A stretch of 64,000 nucleotides of DNA from Camelus dromedarius (lineage: Eukaryota): positions 57,598,001 to 57,662,000 of the forward strand of contig NC_087446.1 in assembly GCF_036321535.1 (NCBI RefSeq), given 5' to 3'. Positions 36,825 through 50,019 of the stretch are shown here, piece after piece. Within the stretch, counting starts at the first letter, position 1; the number at the start of each line of letters is the position of its first letter. The notes beneath the pieces are model-generated. The model was not told the origin of the DNA. It made no database searches and saw nothing but the letters and a program-made list of their open reading frames with translations. The position numbers and the translations under genes are program-made.

Positions 36825-37766
36825 ATGATGGGAAACCAAACATCAGTGATAGAGTTCATTCTTCTCGGGTTGACAAGTGACCCCAAGCTTCAAGCTGTGC
36901 TTTTTCTTTTTCTGCTGTTAACTTACATGTTAAGTATCGCGGGAAACTTGACTATCATCACACTGACCCTGCTGGATTATCGCCTTCAGACCCCTATGTA
37001 TTTCTTCCTCCGGAATTTCTCTGTCTTGGAAATATCTTTTACTTCTGTCTTTGTTCCCAAAATGTTAGTCAATATTGGAACTGGAGACAAGACTATCTCC
37101 TTTGCTGGTTGTTTCACTCAGTACTTTTTTGCCATCCTTCTGGGAGCAACCGAATTTTACCTGTTAGCTGCCATGTCCTACGATCGCTACGTTGCCATTT
37201 GCAAACCCCTACATTACACAACTATCATGAGCAGAAGACCCTGCATTCTCCTTGTCCTATGTTCCTGGTTCTCTGGTTTTCTGGTTGTCACTGTGCCGCA
37301 TGTGATGACTCTCCAGCTGCCGTTCTGCACCTCCAACGTCATCAATCATTATTGATGTGACTACACAGTACTGGTGCATCTGTCCTGTTCAGACACACAT
37401 TTCATAGAAGTGATGGAGTTTGTCCTTGCTTCGGTGACCCTCATCTTCACCTTGACGCTCGTGATTCTTTCCTACACCTACATTATCAGGACAATTCTGA
37501 GAATCCCTTCTGTTCAGCAGAGAAAAAAAGCTTTTTCTACATGTTCCTCTCACATGATCGTGGTCTCACTTTCTTATGGAAGCTGTATCTTCATGTATAT
37601 AAATCCCTCTGTGAAGAATGCAGTGACTTTTAACAAGGGAGTGGCTGTTTTAAATACCTCAGTTGCCCCTCTGTTGAACCCTTTCATCTACACACTAAGG
37701 AACAAGCAAGTGAAAATAGCCTTCAAAGATATGGTCAGTAAGATAACGACTTTTTCCAAAAATTGA
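36825..37766 (+). pseudogene. OR6C-family receptor (OR6C4/OR2AP1-like), full length with one in-frame TGA at 37353-37355
   Basis: ORFs 36729..37355 and 37374..37766 are in the same frame: NHY*CDY in extracellular loop 2; [37 protein letters not shown] intact; acceptor AG at 36820-36821. Confidence 0.9.
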
Positions 37767-39161
37767 AACTATCTGAGGTTCATTATTAAAACAAATAATA
37801 AATGTTGGGAGGCTGTAGGTGCACATTGTTGTAATTTTAAAATATTTTCTATATTATATTACTAATATTCCTATCCAAACCCTGAAACAGTAAAACTACT
37901 TATTTAATTTAGCTGATTTTTTCATCATTTTACTGTTCTTAAAAATTTAGAGGTCTCTGTGTGTGTGTGTTTGTTCTCTAAAGCTTGCGTGCTTTTTTCC
38001 TCATATGTACCTCACTTTTAAAGAAAAGATTTAAGGAAAGTCAGAATTGGGAATATTACTTTTAATAGTTTGGTTTTTTACAACCCGAGTTTTTCTTATC
38101 TTGTCCATTGCCACATAGTCTTCCATCTCTATTCTTGTAACTGAATTATTAAATACATACACCAAAGAAATTTATTCTAGCTTGTTAATGATAGCTTAAG
38201 TAATATATTAGAGAACTGGTATAAAGTTGGTTATTTTCAGATTTTATAATGTTCAGACTTAAACTTAGTCTTTTTACAAGGATTATTTATATGAGAACCT
38301 AGGCATGCACAGTGTTTGAGGTAAGACATTTCTAAAGAAGAGAAAATTAATATATGTTGGTTTCACCATTGATGCGGAAATGCTTAATGATGGTTTATGC
38401 ACAGATTAAGCTCTTTAAATGAACCCATGAAAGAGGTAGAGAGGAATGTTTCAAATATAAGCTAATTAGAAGTATGTTATTATTAAGCAAATATCATATA
38501 ATTTAGTGTTGTGCATAGTCATTGTTCTGGTTCTCATTTACAAGAGTATAAAATAAAACTATGTTAACATTATCTATGGTAGTAATGATTTTATAGCCTT
38601 AACTCATATTCTTTCTAAATTTTATTAGAGGTTTAATGTTTAGTATCATTAGCCAATAAATATGGATGCAAATTCTTGTTTTTCAGAGAATTGAATGACT
38701 AAATATTCCACTAGGAGAATATTCACAGAGTTGGTATTAATATTTCTATTTGACCCCAGAACTTTGATGTTTTCAAAGCAGTGAAAGTTTGTCCCAATCT
38801 ACTAGTCTTTTATTTTTTAATGATTATTGGTAGGAAATCTTTTCCAAATCTTTGTTTATTAAATGTTATTCACATGCATATATATAGTTCCCTTAAGCAT
38901 TATGTTTTTAAATAAGGATTTCCCAAGATAAAATTAGTTCTTTACGTAAATTTGCTTAACGTTGGTTAAGGATTAAGTTGTTTTCTTTAACTGGACATAA
39001 TTTTTCTAGTAAGCAAAAAGACCCACTATCTAAACTTCCAAAAATCCCCGGACTCCTTATTTATTTGTGTGGTGAAAATCCATAAAGTTCTCGGTTTAAT
39101 TACTGTGTTGAATGAGAGGCTGCTCTTTTTGAGCTACTAGCTGCCCGGTTTCAACCCAGAC

Positions 39162-39178
39162 TGCCATCAGAGGGCGGG
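39162..39178 (+). promoter_or_regulatory. CTCF-binding motif (predicted)
   Basis: tgCCATCAGAGGGCGGg, one mismatch to CCASYAGRKGGCRS, in a short GC-rich patch within AT-rich DNA. Confidence 0.5.
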
Positions 39179-40509
39179 GATCCACCATCTGTGATCCTAA
39201 GGATTGCTCTCCACCTACTTAATGAAAAGAACATATTATTTGCTCATTACATTCTAGATTATTTATCTATATTATACTTAATATAACCTTTAATCATCAA
39301 ATTGTTCAAATCATACATTTCTTGAGACTTCAGGAAGTTACTGAACTGATGTGTCTTGGGATAGGAAACATTTCTTATATGATAACCTTTTCTAGCAGTA
39401 GACAAAACTTCATTATCAATGTGAATCAAATATTTAAATCTAGTATAATGGAACAGAAGAAAAGGTTATATCTCACTCAATTCCTCTTAGCAAGTAGGAG
39501 AAATAATAACTTGGTGAAAATACCACTATATGAGTATCATTTATTAGATATAGTTAAAAACAATTTATTTTGCTCCCAGCTAACCTAGGTTGAAAGTGAT
39601 ATTTATAAAGTATTACATATCTAGTATGTGAATTTAGAAAATTGGCAGAACTGAGAAAATTGTTATTGCACATTTTGTCAAACTTCGATAATTTTCTCAT
39701 TAAATTTTAAATCTTATTCATTAATAATTAAATCTGATAAATTTTAAAATTTATTCTTACATCTTAGAGCCTTTTTCTAAAGTGGTGATATTTGTTCTAA
39801 CAAAATACTGACTTTATTCTTAAATATATGTCATCCAATAAAAATGTGATGTTAACAAGAGGAGACTTGATAGCATTATAGTTACAAGGTTATGGCCATC
39901 TCTGTGCTGGTTCAAAAAAAATTTAGATTAACTTCATATAAGTAAAACATCCCTTCTTTCATTATAGCCTGTTACCATTTCAGCACTCCTACTGTCAAAA
40001 AATCCATAACCCATAACTTGTGGCTGTGGCATTTTCAGATATTGCATGAGTGAAGGTTTTTTTGTCAAAGTTTGCACTTGGACATTTTACATTAATTTCT
40101 TTTGTGAAATTTCAGGATTTATGGCACCCATTAACATTTGAAAGTTTCTCAGTGAATCAGTGATTCCAGGTTTAGAACATCAGTAGTTGAAATAAATAGT
40201 AAAATTCTTAAAGATAATTTTCTAATTGGGAGAAGATAAATATGGAGCATTCTATCCATAAGTCAATAAAAGAGAATTGTGGCATCTCTCAGTTAACAAT
40301 ATTTTATCAGTTGACAAACACTTAAAATCTTTGCCTATAAAACAGCAGCATAGTTAAGGCTTTAAAAACTGAACTGAGATTTGAAACATCACTCTTATAA
40401 GGTGAGGGGGAATTTATAGTTTTGAAGCCCAAATGGTTTAATTGCTAAATTAAAAATATCTTCAGAGGAATTGTATCCTACATTACATAATATTTATAAT
40501 GTGGAGGAT

Positions 40510-40810
40510 ACAGTCTGAAATTCCCAATATATAAAACCAAGGGAACAAGTGACTCCTTCACAAGGGAAAAGAAAACTGGTAGACATCAATCCTGAGATGG
40601 CTACAATGCTACAGCTAATTGTAAAGGATTTACAGGAGTATATAGAACTATGCTCAGTTAATGAATAAACTTCAGAAGAAAAATGCAAAGTAAAAAAAGG
40701 AACAAAATTTTAAAAGTTTGTAAGTGAAAAATATATCTGAAAAAAAAAATCATTTATGGATATAAAAGCAGATGGCAATGATGGAGAAAAGAGTCAGTGA
40801 ACTCCAGAAA
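40510..40810 (+). mobile_element. Old L1 ORF1-like remnant
   Basis: A-rich degenerate text with gaaaagagtcagtgaact typical of L1 ORF1; approximate. Confidence 0.4.
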
Positions 40811-40820
40811 ATCCTAAGGG

Positions 40821-41774
40821 GGAGTGGCTAAGGCGGCAAAGTAGGAAGACCCTGAGCTCACCTCCTCCCATGGATATACTAGAATAACAACAATTTACAG
40901 AGCATCTGTTGGTGAAAATGACCTGAAGACTAGCAGAAAAGACTTTCCACAAAGAAAGATACAAAGAAGCAACCACAACAAGATGGGTAGGAGGGGCAGA
41001 GACAGGTAGAGTGAAGACCCACACTCCCAGGTAAATGACACACAAAAGGGAGATTAATCAAATTGCAGAGATTCTCCTGGAGGAGCAAGGGGTCAGAGCC
41101 CCACTTTAAGCTCCTCAGCTTGGAAGTCCTGCACTGAGAGGACAAGACCCAGAATGTCTGGCACTTATATGGGCAATTAATTTACCTTAAGGTTGTCAAG
41201 AATATACAATTGGGGAAAGACAGTGGTGTTGGGAAAACTGAGAAGCTACATGTAAAAAAATCAAATTAAACAACTCTCTCTCACCATGCACAAAAATAAA
41301 TTTAAAATGAATTAAAGACTTAAATATAAGACCTGAAACAATAAAACTTCTGGAAAAAACCTAGGCATTGGTCTCATTGACATTGGTCTTAGTAATATTT
41401 ATTTGTATATTTCTCCTAAGGTGAAGTATACAAAAGCAAAAATAAACATTGAACTAAAAAAGCTTTTGTACAGTGAAGGAAACTATCAACTGAAAGAAAA
41501 GGGTCACGTACTGAATTGAAGAAGTTTATTGCAAACAATATATTTGATAAGGGGTTGTATCCAAAATATACAAAGAACTCATACAACTCAACATTAAAAA
41601 ATAAACAACCCATTATAATATGGGCAGAGGAACTGAATAGACATTTTACCAAAGAAGACAACCAGATGGCCAGCGGGCACATGAAAAGGTGGTCAACATC
41701 ACTAATTAATCAGGGAAATGCAAATCAAAACCACAGTGAGATAGTCTCACACCTGGCAGAATGGCTATTATATT

Positions 41775-41812
<38 letters not shown>

Positions 41813-42641
41813 TTATAAGTGTGGCAAGGATGTGGAGGAAAGGGAAACCTTGTGCACTGTTGGCGGGATTGTATACTGGTGCAGCCACTATGGGAAACAG
41901 TATGCAGATTTCTCAAAAATGAAAAAAGAGCTGCCATATATGATCCAGCAATTCCACCCCTGGGTATCTATGCAGAGAGAAATAAAATACCAATCAGAAG
42001 ATATATGAACCCTGTGTTCTTTGTGACATTACTATAGCCACAATATGGAAGCAACCTAAGTATCAATCAATAGATNNNNNNNNNNNNNNNNNNNNNNNNN
42101 NNNNNNNNNNNNNNNNNNNNNNNNNNNNNNNNNNNNNNNNNNNNNNNNNNNNNNNNNNNNNNNNNNNNNNNNNNNNNNNNNNNNNNNNNNNNNNNNNNNN
42201 NNNNNNNCAATAGAATGAAATCTTGCCATTTGTGACATGATCAAACCTAGAGGGTATTATGCTAAGTGAAATAAGTCAGACTGAGAAAACTAAATAATAT
42301 ATGATTTTACTTATATTTGGAATCCTTAAAAATGAACAAATATAACTAAACAGAAACAGAGTCACAGATACAGAGAACTGGTGATTGCTAGAGGGGAGGG
42401 AGTAAAGGTAGGGGAGAGAGAGTGAGGGGGATTAGTATGTACAAACTTTCAGTTACAAAATAAATGAGTCATGGGTATAAAATATGCATGTGGGGTATAT
42501 AGTCAATAATTATGTAATATCATTACATGGTGATAACTACAGATGATAACTAGAGTTTTCATGGTGATCATTTTGAAATATAGAAAAATCAAGTCAGCAT
42601 GTTGTGTCCCAGGAACTAACACAGTGTTCTAGGTCAATGCA
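40821..42641 (+). mobile_element. L1 with 5'UTR (40821-41165) joined directly to the ORF2 3' end and 3'UTR
   Basis: gtaggaagaccctgagctcacctcctccc is L1 5'-end text; from ~41165 ORF2-end text follows; contains an (AC)n and an N gap. Confidence 0.75.
41778..41810. repeat. (AC)n microsatellite inside L1
   Basis: Directly visible. Confidence 0.95.
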
Positions 42642-42816
42642 NNNNNNNNNNNNNNNNNNNNNNNNNNNNNNNNNNNNNNNNNNNNNNNNNNNNNNNNNNN
42701 NNNNNNNNNNNNNNNNNNNNNNNNNNNNNNNNNNNNNNNNNNNNNNNNNNNNNNNNNNNNNNNNNNNNNNNNNNNNNNNNNNNNNNNNNNNNNNNNNNNN
42801 NNNNNNNNNNNNNNNN

Positions 42817-43242
42817 TATCATTCTAAGTGAAGTAAGCCAGAAAGAGAAAGAAAAATACCATATGAGATCGCTCATATGTGAAATCTACAAAAAAAAAAG
42901 AAAGAAAAGAAAAAGACAAATGAACATAAATACAAAACAGAAACAGACTCATAGACATAGAATACAAACTTGTGGTTGCCAGGGGAAAGGGAGTGGGAAG
43001 GGACAGACTGGGAGTTCAAAATATGTAGATACTGACAGGTATATATACCATAGATAAACAAGATTATACTGTATAGCACAGGGAAATATATACAAGATCT
43101 TGTGGTAGCTCATGGTGAAAAAGAATGCAACAATGAGTATATGAAAAGTTGTACTCTACACTGGAAATTGACACAAAATTGTAAACTGACTATAACTCAA
43201 TAAAATAAAAAACAAACAAACAAATTCATTAAAAAAAAAAAA
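42817..43242 (+). mobile_element. Younger L1 3' end with A-tail
   Basis: cattctaagtgaagtaagccag...cagaaacagactcatagac...tgtaaactgactataactcaataaaa, A-rich tail; 5' part hidden by an N gap. Confidence 0.8.
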
Positions 43243-43597
43243 AGATCAGGTTTGTGGTTATCTGAGGTGGGGGTTAGGGAAGGTGGGGCTAGATGAAGAT
43301 AATTAAAAGGTACAAACTTCTAGCTATAAGATAAATAAGTACCAAGGATGTAATGTACAATATGAATAAACTTAACACTGCTTTATATTAATATGAAACT
43401 TGTTAATAGAGTAAATCCTAAGACTTCTTATACCAAGGGAAAAAAAATCTGTTTCTTTAATCTTTATGAGATGATGGATGTTCACTAAAGTTATTGTGGA
43501 AGTCATTTCATGATACATGTAAGTCAAGTCATTATGTTGTACATATTAAACTTATATAGTGCTGTCAATTATATCTCAATAAAACTAGAAAAAAGAA
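43243..43597 (+). mobile_element. Older L1 (L1MA/MB-like) 3' end
   Basis: aaggtacaaacttctagctataagataaataag...caattatatctcaataaaactagaaaaaa. Confidence 0.75.
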
Positions 43598-45824
43598 AAG
43601 ATTTCTGTCTAGTACTCATCTTTATGAGAGAATTCCAATATTTGTATATATGCAAATGAATGCATAAAAATGGACTTAGCATTGTAACCAATGATGTGAA
43701 ATTGGTAGCAACCTAATTCCCTAAATCTTAATCAATAATGAAATTACCAAGTTATAAACAAGTCTCCGTGGGCATTCTGTGCAATCATTATAAAAGGATG
43801 AGTTCCATCTAGATAACATGACAAGGAATAATATCCAATATGTATTGTTAACTGAAAAAAAAAAGGAAAATTGTAAAATATTTTCTGAAGTAAAGTTGTA
43901 TTAGTGTGAAGAAAAGAATGTATCTCTGAGTCTGTGACTGTGACTGTGTTTATGGCTGAATATATAGAAAACGTATCTGGTAGAACATACTTTAAAAGTT
44001 TAACACTGTTTAATTTTAAGCTTTGAGGGCCAAGAAAGTATCAGTTGGAAACACAGGGTCATTCCATATGTCACTATGTGCTATTGATCTGATATTTAAT
44101 TCTCTGACATTTGATTCTCATAACATTAAGCATATATAACTACTAAAATTAAAAACTAAATTTGTAAGTACTTTTCTGATTTTTAAAGATATTAAAATGC
44201 TGTTTTTATTCATTCATTCTGCTTTGTGCTGCTGGAAAAGTGTAAATGAATAAAACAAGAGCACTACCCTTGATGAAGGGTCCACTTTGGTGTAGCTCAG
44301 ACCTGTGTTTAACCAACCCCGAAGGAATTGAGAATCATCTCCCGAGTGTAGACTGAGTACCATGTGCGTATTAGAGAAATTAAGTACAACCAAAGGGAAA
44401 CCAGGTTGCTGGTATAAGCTGGTTGGTGCACTTTTGCTTTTATCTCGCTCTACTGATTAGCTCCTGGAAAGGTATCTGTCATGACATCACTACATCTCTT
44501 GAGCTTATTTCTCCTTGCACCTTCCTCTCTTCACTCTGGTCTCAGATTTATACAGTGACCAGAGAAAGTAAAATTAGCTTTGGGTAACATTCAATCTTCA
44601 TCTTGTCCAGCCAGCTTTGAAATGTTTACCTTCCAGTCATTAAGCAGTATTTCCTGAAACTTTTCTTAAAGAACTCTCAGGATTACAAGAGTAGTTTCCT
44701 AAAGTTAAGGTCAGAACAATGTTTATGTTCATATGGCAAGATAAAAGAAATAAAGAGAAATTTCTTTAACTTGTAGCAGATGTTATTTTTAAAAAATGCA
44801 TGAAATCAAGCCTGTTTTTCTCCACGTGAGAGGCTTTTATGCGGTAGACAGAGGCAAGGATGAGCTAATGACAAAAAAGTCTCCTGCAGTGTAATATGAA
44901 CACATTATATCTCATTTTTTAAGTAAATTAAGAGAAATCTGGGATTTTCTGACTGGAATCGTTAGATGTATCAGAAAGTAAGTATACTTCCTATTTTTCA
45001 ATGTGTACTTTTATCTTTTTTTCCACTCAAAAGTTTATTTTGTTGAAATAAATTTCAGGGACCATCAAATTATCACTTTAACAAATTCATTGTTACTAAT
45101 TTTGCATTTTAATCATTTAGTCATTGTTCAAACAAAGCAACAGTTTCTGCCTTTTGGTCTGCTAATTTTGCTAACAAATTATAACAAAAACATATTTATT
45201 CCTAAAGGAACAGAATGCCGACTTCCAGAAAAAAATTAAATAAAAGGAGAGAGGGAGGAAAAGGGCACAATACAACCTTTGATACTTATCACCTGCTGGC
45301 TGGTCTAGGTCATACTATAGAGAGAAAATAATACAGTATTATTAAGAGCTTACACACATTTAAAATTCTGGTTGCTAAGAATGAAGAGAGATCAAGACAG
45401 ATGAAAAGCCATATGGATTACATTTTAACAATTTTGGTTTCTATACAGTAAATCTTACAGAGAATTTTAGTTATTCTGATTATTTAGTCTCCCAGGAAGA
45501 AGGCAATGGGATATTTCGGCACTAAAAAACTCCCTTGAGGTCCATCTTGGTGTCAGACAAATTTAGTAGTAAAAAGACAGAGTGAATATAGTTTAAAAAA
45601 AGGTTTGATTGTTAATTTAAATAAGCATCATAAAAATTACATAAATGTATCATGGATCAGCATGTTACAGAAATATATTATTGATATGGCTCTGTGTGAG
45701 CATTAATATCTCTGGTTTCTGATATCTTCCCATAATTTAAGTAACTTTACTCTTGTTTACAAGCAAGGCATTTCTTTCTGTCAGTTGTATTTAAAAGAAT
45801 ATATATTAAGAAAAAATATAAATG

Positions 45825-46160
45825 AGGAATCTAAAAAAAGACAAATGAACTTATTTACAAAACAGAAACAGACTCAGACATAGAAAACAAACTTATGGTT
45901 ACCAGAAAGGGAGAAGGGGTGGGAAGGGATAAATTGGGAGTTCGAGATTTACAGGTACTAACTACTATATATAAAGAACAAGTTTATACTGTATAGCACA
46001 GGGAACTATATTCGGTATCTTACAGTAACCTATAATGAAAAAGAATATGAAAACAAACATATGTGTGTATATGTATAACTGAACAACTATGCTGTACACC
46101 AGAAATTGACACAACACTGTAAACTGACTATACTTCAATAAAAATGAAATAAAATAATCT
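45825..46160 (+). mobile_element. L1 3' end (artiodactyl-type)
   Basis: gacaaatgaacttatttacaaaacagaaacagactc...tgtaaactgactatacttcaataaaa. Confidence 0.8.
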
Positions 46161-46692
46161 TCAAAAAAAGAAAAAATAATCATAGTTATCATTAAGCTCA
46201 GGGATTGTGATTAGGGTCAGTCTCCACCAAAGTCTTGTAAGACAATAAAGTTTGTAAAAGGCATTAGAATTAAAATTCAAAATTAGATATTTCAATCCTA
46301 TAACCACAACACCCTGGAAACTGGAAAAAAATCAATATCTAAACTATGGACATAACTAATACATATTGCTATAGAAACATACAATTAAGAGATGTTTGCT
46401 CATACAGAAAGTTTAGTTACATACAAAGATTCTACATAAGGTCACCAATGAGGGGAAATTTTAACATAGACCTGTGACTGCATATTCCTTTTTAATAAAC
46501 AGTGTATAAAATATTCTGCTTTAACAGGAGTGGATATTGCCAAAAAAATCTTACACAGAAAAAGTTCTAGTGCTTCATTTCACTGGAGTAAATAATACCA
46601 ATAGTTAAATCTTCAGTTCCTTTACTATTCATGTATTCTCTCTTTTTGTTTTGTTTTTCATGAATAGATTTGACCTGAAGAAAAAAATCAGT

Positions 46693-47631
46693 ATGAGAAA
46701 CCACACAGTGATTACAGAGTTTGTACTCTTGGGCATATCAGACAACCCAGAGCTTCAGGTTGTAATTTTTATCTTTTTATTTCTGGCTTATGTATTAAGT
46801 GTGGCTGGAAACCTCACCATCATCATCCTTACTTTATCAGACTGTCATCTAAAGACTCCTATGTATTACTTCCTTCGGAACTTCTCCTTCTTAGAAATTA
46901 CATTCACCAGTGTTTCGATCCCCAGGTTTTTGGGGGCAATCATTACTAAAGTCAAGACCATTTCCTTTAACAATTGTTTAGCTCAGTTATTTTTCTTCAT
47001 CTCCATGGGTGTGTCTGAATTTTTTCTCCTAACTGCCATGTCTTATGATCGTTATGTTGCCATCTGCAAACCTCTCCATTACACCACCATCATGAACAAG
47101 AAAATCTGTACCCTGCTCATCTTCAGTTCGTGGCTAGGAGGATTTCTTACCATCTTCCCACTACTCATGCTTATCCTCCAGTTAGATTTCTGTGCTTCCA
47201 ATGTAATTGATCACTTCTCTTGTGACTATTTCCCCATTTTACAACTCTCATGCTCAGATACGTGGTTTTTAGAGACGACCGGCTTTTACTTTGCTTTTGT
47301 GACTCTGCTCTTCACTTTGTCCTTAGTGATTCTGTCCTATGTGTGCATAATTAGCACCATTCTGAGAATCCCGTCTGCCAGTCAGAGGAAAAAGGCTTTC
47401 TCCACGTGTTCCTCTCACATGATTGTCATTTCCATCTCTTATGGAAGTTGTATATTCATGTATGTCAAGCCTTCAGCAAAAGAAAGAGCTTCACTGACCA
47501 AAGGAGTAGCTATTCTTAACACTTCAATTGCCCCCATGTTAAACCCTTTTATTTACACTCTGAGGAACCAGCAAGTAAAACAAGCTTTCAAAAACTTGGT
47601 TTATAAAGTAATGTTTTCTAGAAATGAATAA
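46693..47631 (+). CDS. Olfactory receptor, OR6C subfamily (OR6C3-like paralog), intact, 312 aa
   Basis: MRNHT start after acceptor AG at 46666-46667; [37 protein letters not shown]; the ORF track start 46651 lies upstream of the acceptor. Confidence 0.92.
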   Translation: MRNHTVITEFVLLGISDNPELQVVIFIFLFLAYVLSVAGNLTIIILTLSDCHLKTPMYYFLRNFSFLEITFTSVSIPRFLGAIITKVKTISFNNCLAQLFFFISMGVSEFFLLTAMSYDRYVAICKPLHYTTIMNKKICTLLIFSSWLGGFLTIFPLLMLILQLDFCASNVIDHFSCDYFPILQLSCSDTWFLETTGFYFAFVTLLFTLSLVILSYVCIISTILRIPSASQRKKAFSTCSSHMIVISISYGSCIFMYVKPSAKERASLTKGVAILNTSIAPMLNPFIYTLRNQQVKQAFKNLVYKVMFSRNE

Positions 47632-48394
47632 AATTATGTATTAACATGAATGAATGTCATCATGAAGATCTGATAAAGGAAGAATGAAATTTTATCTCCT
47701 ACAATATCCGCCTCCATCCATCTCCCAGATACCTACTATGCTGACCTCATTTACCTACGTTTTTCTGTTTAACTTGAAAGCGACTATGCTGTGTCTCCCT
47801 TTCAAACTACCTGTAGCTTCCATGTAATCGTTGATTTGCACTTCTGAATAGAAAGCCAGTAGCTACAGAACATAAACTGTTTCGCCTATTATTCTGAATA
47901 ATAAACATATTTTATTATGTAATGTCTAAATGAGGAAACACTGCTATAATCACCTTACTCTTAAATTTTCCCTTTTGTTACTAATATAAGTTTCTTTCTT
48001 AAAATTATATGAAATAAATTATGTGAAATAAATTAAATATCAGCAACAACCACATTTTTTGCACACTATCTGCTGCATCTGTCCAATTCTTCCCCCTCAT
48101 CTGATATTCTTGGCTATTTACTTTCCTAATTACAAATAATCTGAAGTTCCTAATATCACATGACTCAGTTGTGCTGAAGGCCTGTGTTATGTCTTATTTT
48201 ATATACTTTCCTTTTTATCTGTATTATTTTTAAAAAATATGTAAAAGAGGGATATTTAGGCAGCCACCATTACTCCTGTGCCACCTGTAAGTTGGATAGG
48301 AATTTCATGAAAATAATATCTGTTCTGGAGGAGCACTTATTCTGTGCCATATGCTGAACCAGGAATGTTCTGTACCATATCTGTGTGAAATCAG

Positions 48395-48465
48395 ACATGA
48401 TTATCTCTTTGTTACAAATGTGCAAATTGATGCTCAGAAAGATTGGGTAACTTGCCTGAAGTCTT
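48395..48465 (-). mobile_element. MIR core fragment
   Basis: ttacaaatgtgcaaattgatgctcagaaagattgggtaacttgcctgaagtc. Confidence 0.45.
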
Positions 48466-49769
48466 GAGCTCTATAGACAACATGATAGACTGATTAAAAA
48501 AGCAAAACAAAAGAAAACAAAACAAGAACTTGTGCTTGCTCAATTTTCTACCTATTCGAAACTCTGTAAAAGGATCTGCAAATTTTGCACAGCTTTCGCC
48601 AAGACCTACACAATTTTATTGGCTTTGTTTCACTCACATCATCTCATTGGGGCATGATTATATTATTACAGTCTAGTCTCAGAAGGTACTAACTCCTAAT
48701 AGCACACTTGGCATATCAATGACAACATTAATTGATAAAAACGAGAAACTCTTTAAGTGCCATTGTTGCTGAGCAACAGAAGGAGTAGGAAAGACATGTA
48801 AAACATCAGTGGTATTACAGTACCAAAAATTTCTATTAGAAGGCAGATTAAAAACAATGGAGTTAGTGAATGTACTTGGTACAATGTGGTAGATTACCAG
48901 TTTAAAAAAATCGGCTTGGAGGTTGGGGTAGAGATCTGCATCAGGAATTCAGACAATCAGGTGTTAATCCCTGTCTGAAAAACAATGCCAAGGGAACCTG
49001 ACTTCACACAGTGTTGTTGTTTGCTTGTTGTTTTTTTCTCTGTCTCACTGGACACTTTCCCCCAAGCTTCCTTTTCCGACTTCAATACTAATGTGTATTA
49101 TGTTTTATATTCCTTAGTGTTTTGTGAACATTTCTGTTCTGGCAATTTTGATATCCTGAATTAGTCCCCTTGAGCCAGCAGGAGAGAGAACAGATAAAAC
49201 ATTAAGCAACTTACGCTACTTTGAAATCTATGTAGAAACCATACCAGAGAGTTTTTAAACACCTTCTGGTTTTTTTTTTTTTTTTCTCTTTTATATATTT
49301 GGTCCTTTCTTACTCTCTATAGTCAAAGAAACACTCTGGATAAAATGAGAGATAAAAGACAAAAACATTGACAATCAAAGGCAAATTTGTCCAAAGAGAG
49401 GAAATGTTTACAGAAATGCTAATTTTCTTGGGTTACAACAATGGCAGTTGCTAAGATTTTTTTATATTCCACCCATTCTGAATGTGAATAAGGCTGTATG
49501 AAAATCAGAGGTAAGTTGGACATACAGATAGTAGTGGAAGTCTCCCAAAACTTTATCAGTGATTCATTGCTTATCAGCTCAACTTTTAATCAAATTAAAT
49601 AGGATATATTGGAGTTATATTCTGTACCTGGATATATTAAACAGTGTAAAAAGAGGTAGTTAATTTTGTTTTATTATGTCAATTTATTCATTCCCTATTA
49701 ACTAAAGGCAGGTAATTACTGTCTCTGTGTGTTTCTAATCTAATATAGGCTTTGTAGTAATTTGTTTAG

Positions 49770-49960
49770 AAGAACAGACTTTAATTTCAGGTAGACTATT
49801 TGCCAACTATAAGAATATATTTAAAGTATAACTTCAGTGACCCTAGTTGTTTATTTGGGAATAAAGATAAAAGTTTCATAGGTGTGTTATAAGGATTAAA
49901 TGAGATAAAATACAAAAGTTCTTAGTACTTCACTTGAATAAATAGTGGTTTTGCTAAATC
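49770..49960 (+). mobile_element. MIR fragment
   Basis: tgtgttataaggattaaatgagataaaatacaaaagttcttag matches the MIR 3' half. Confidence 0.5.
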
Positions 49961-50019
49961 ACAATTACTATGAATATCCTTCCCAGAGCTAGGAATTAAT
50001 TCCAACTAAAAGAAGAATA

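Larger units (their letters stand above)
19186..42816. other. Five N gaps: 19186-19321, 20613-20761, 20789-20919, 42076-42207, 42642-42816 (span given is first to last)
   Basis: Directly visible; all lie in or between transposon fragments, none in an OR ORF. Confidence 0.95.
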
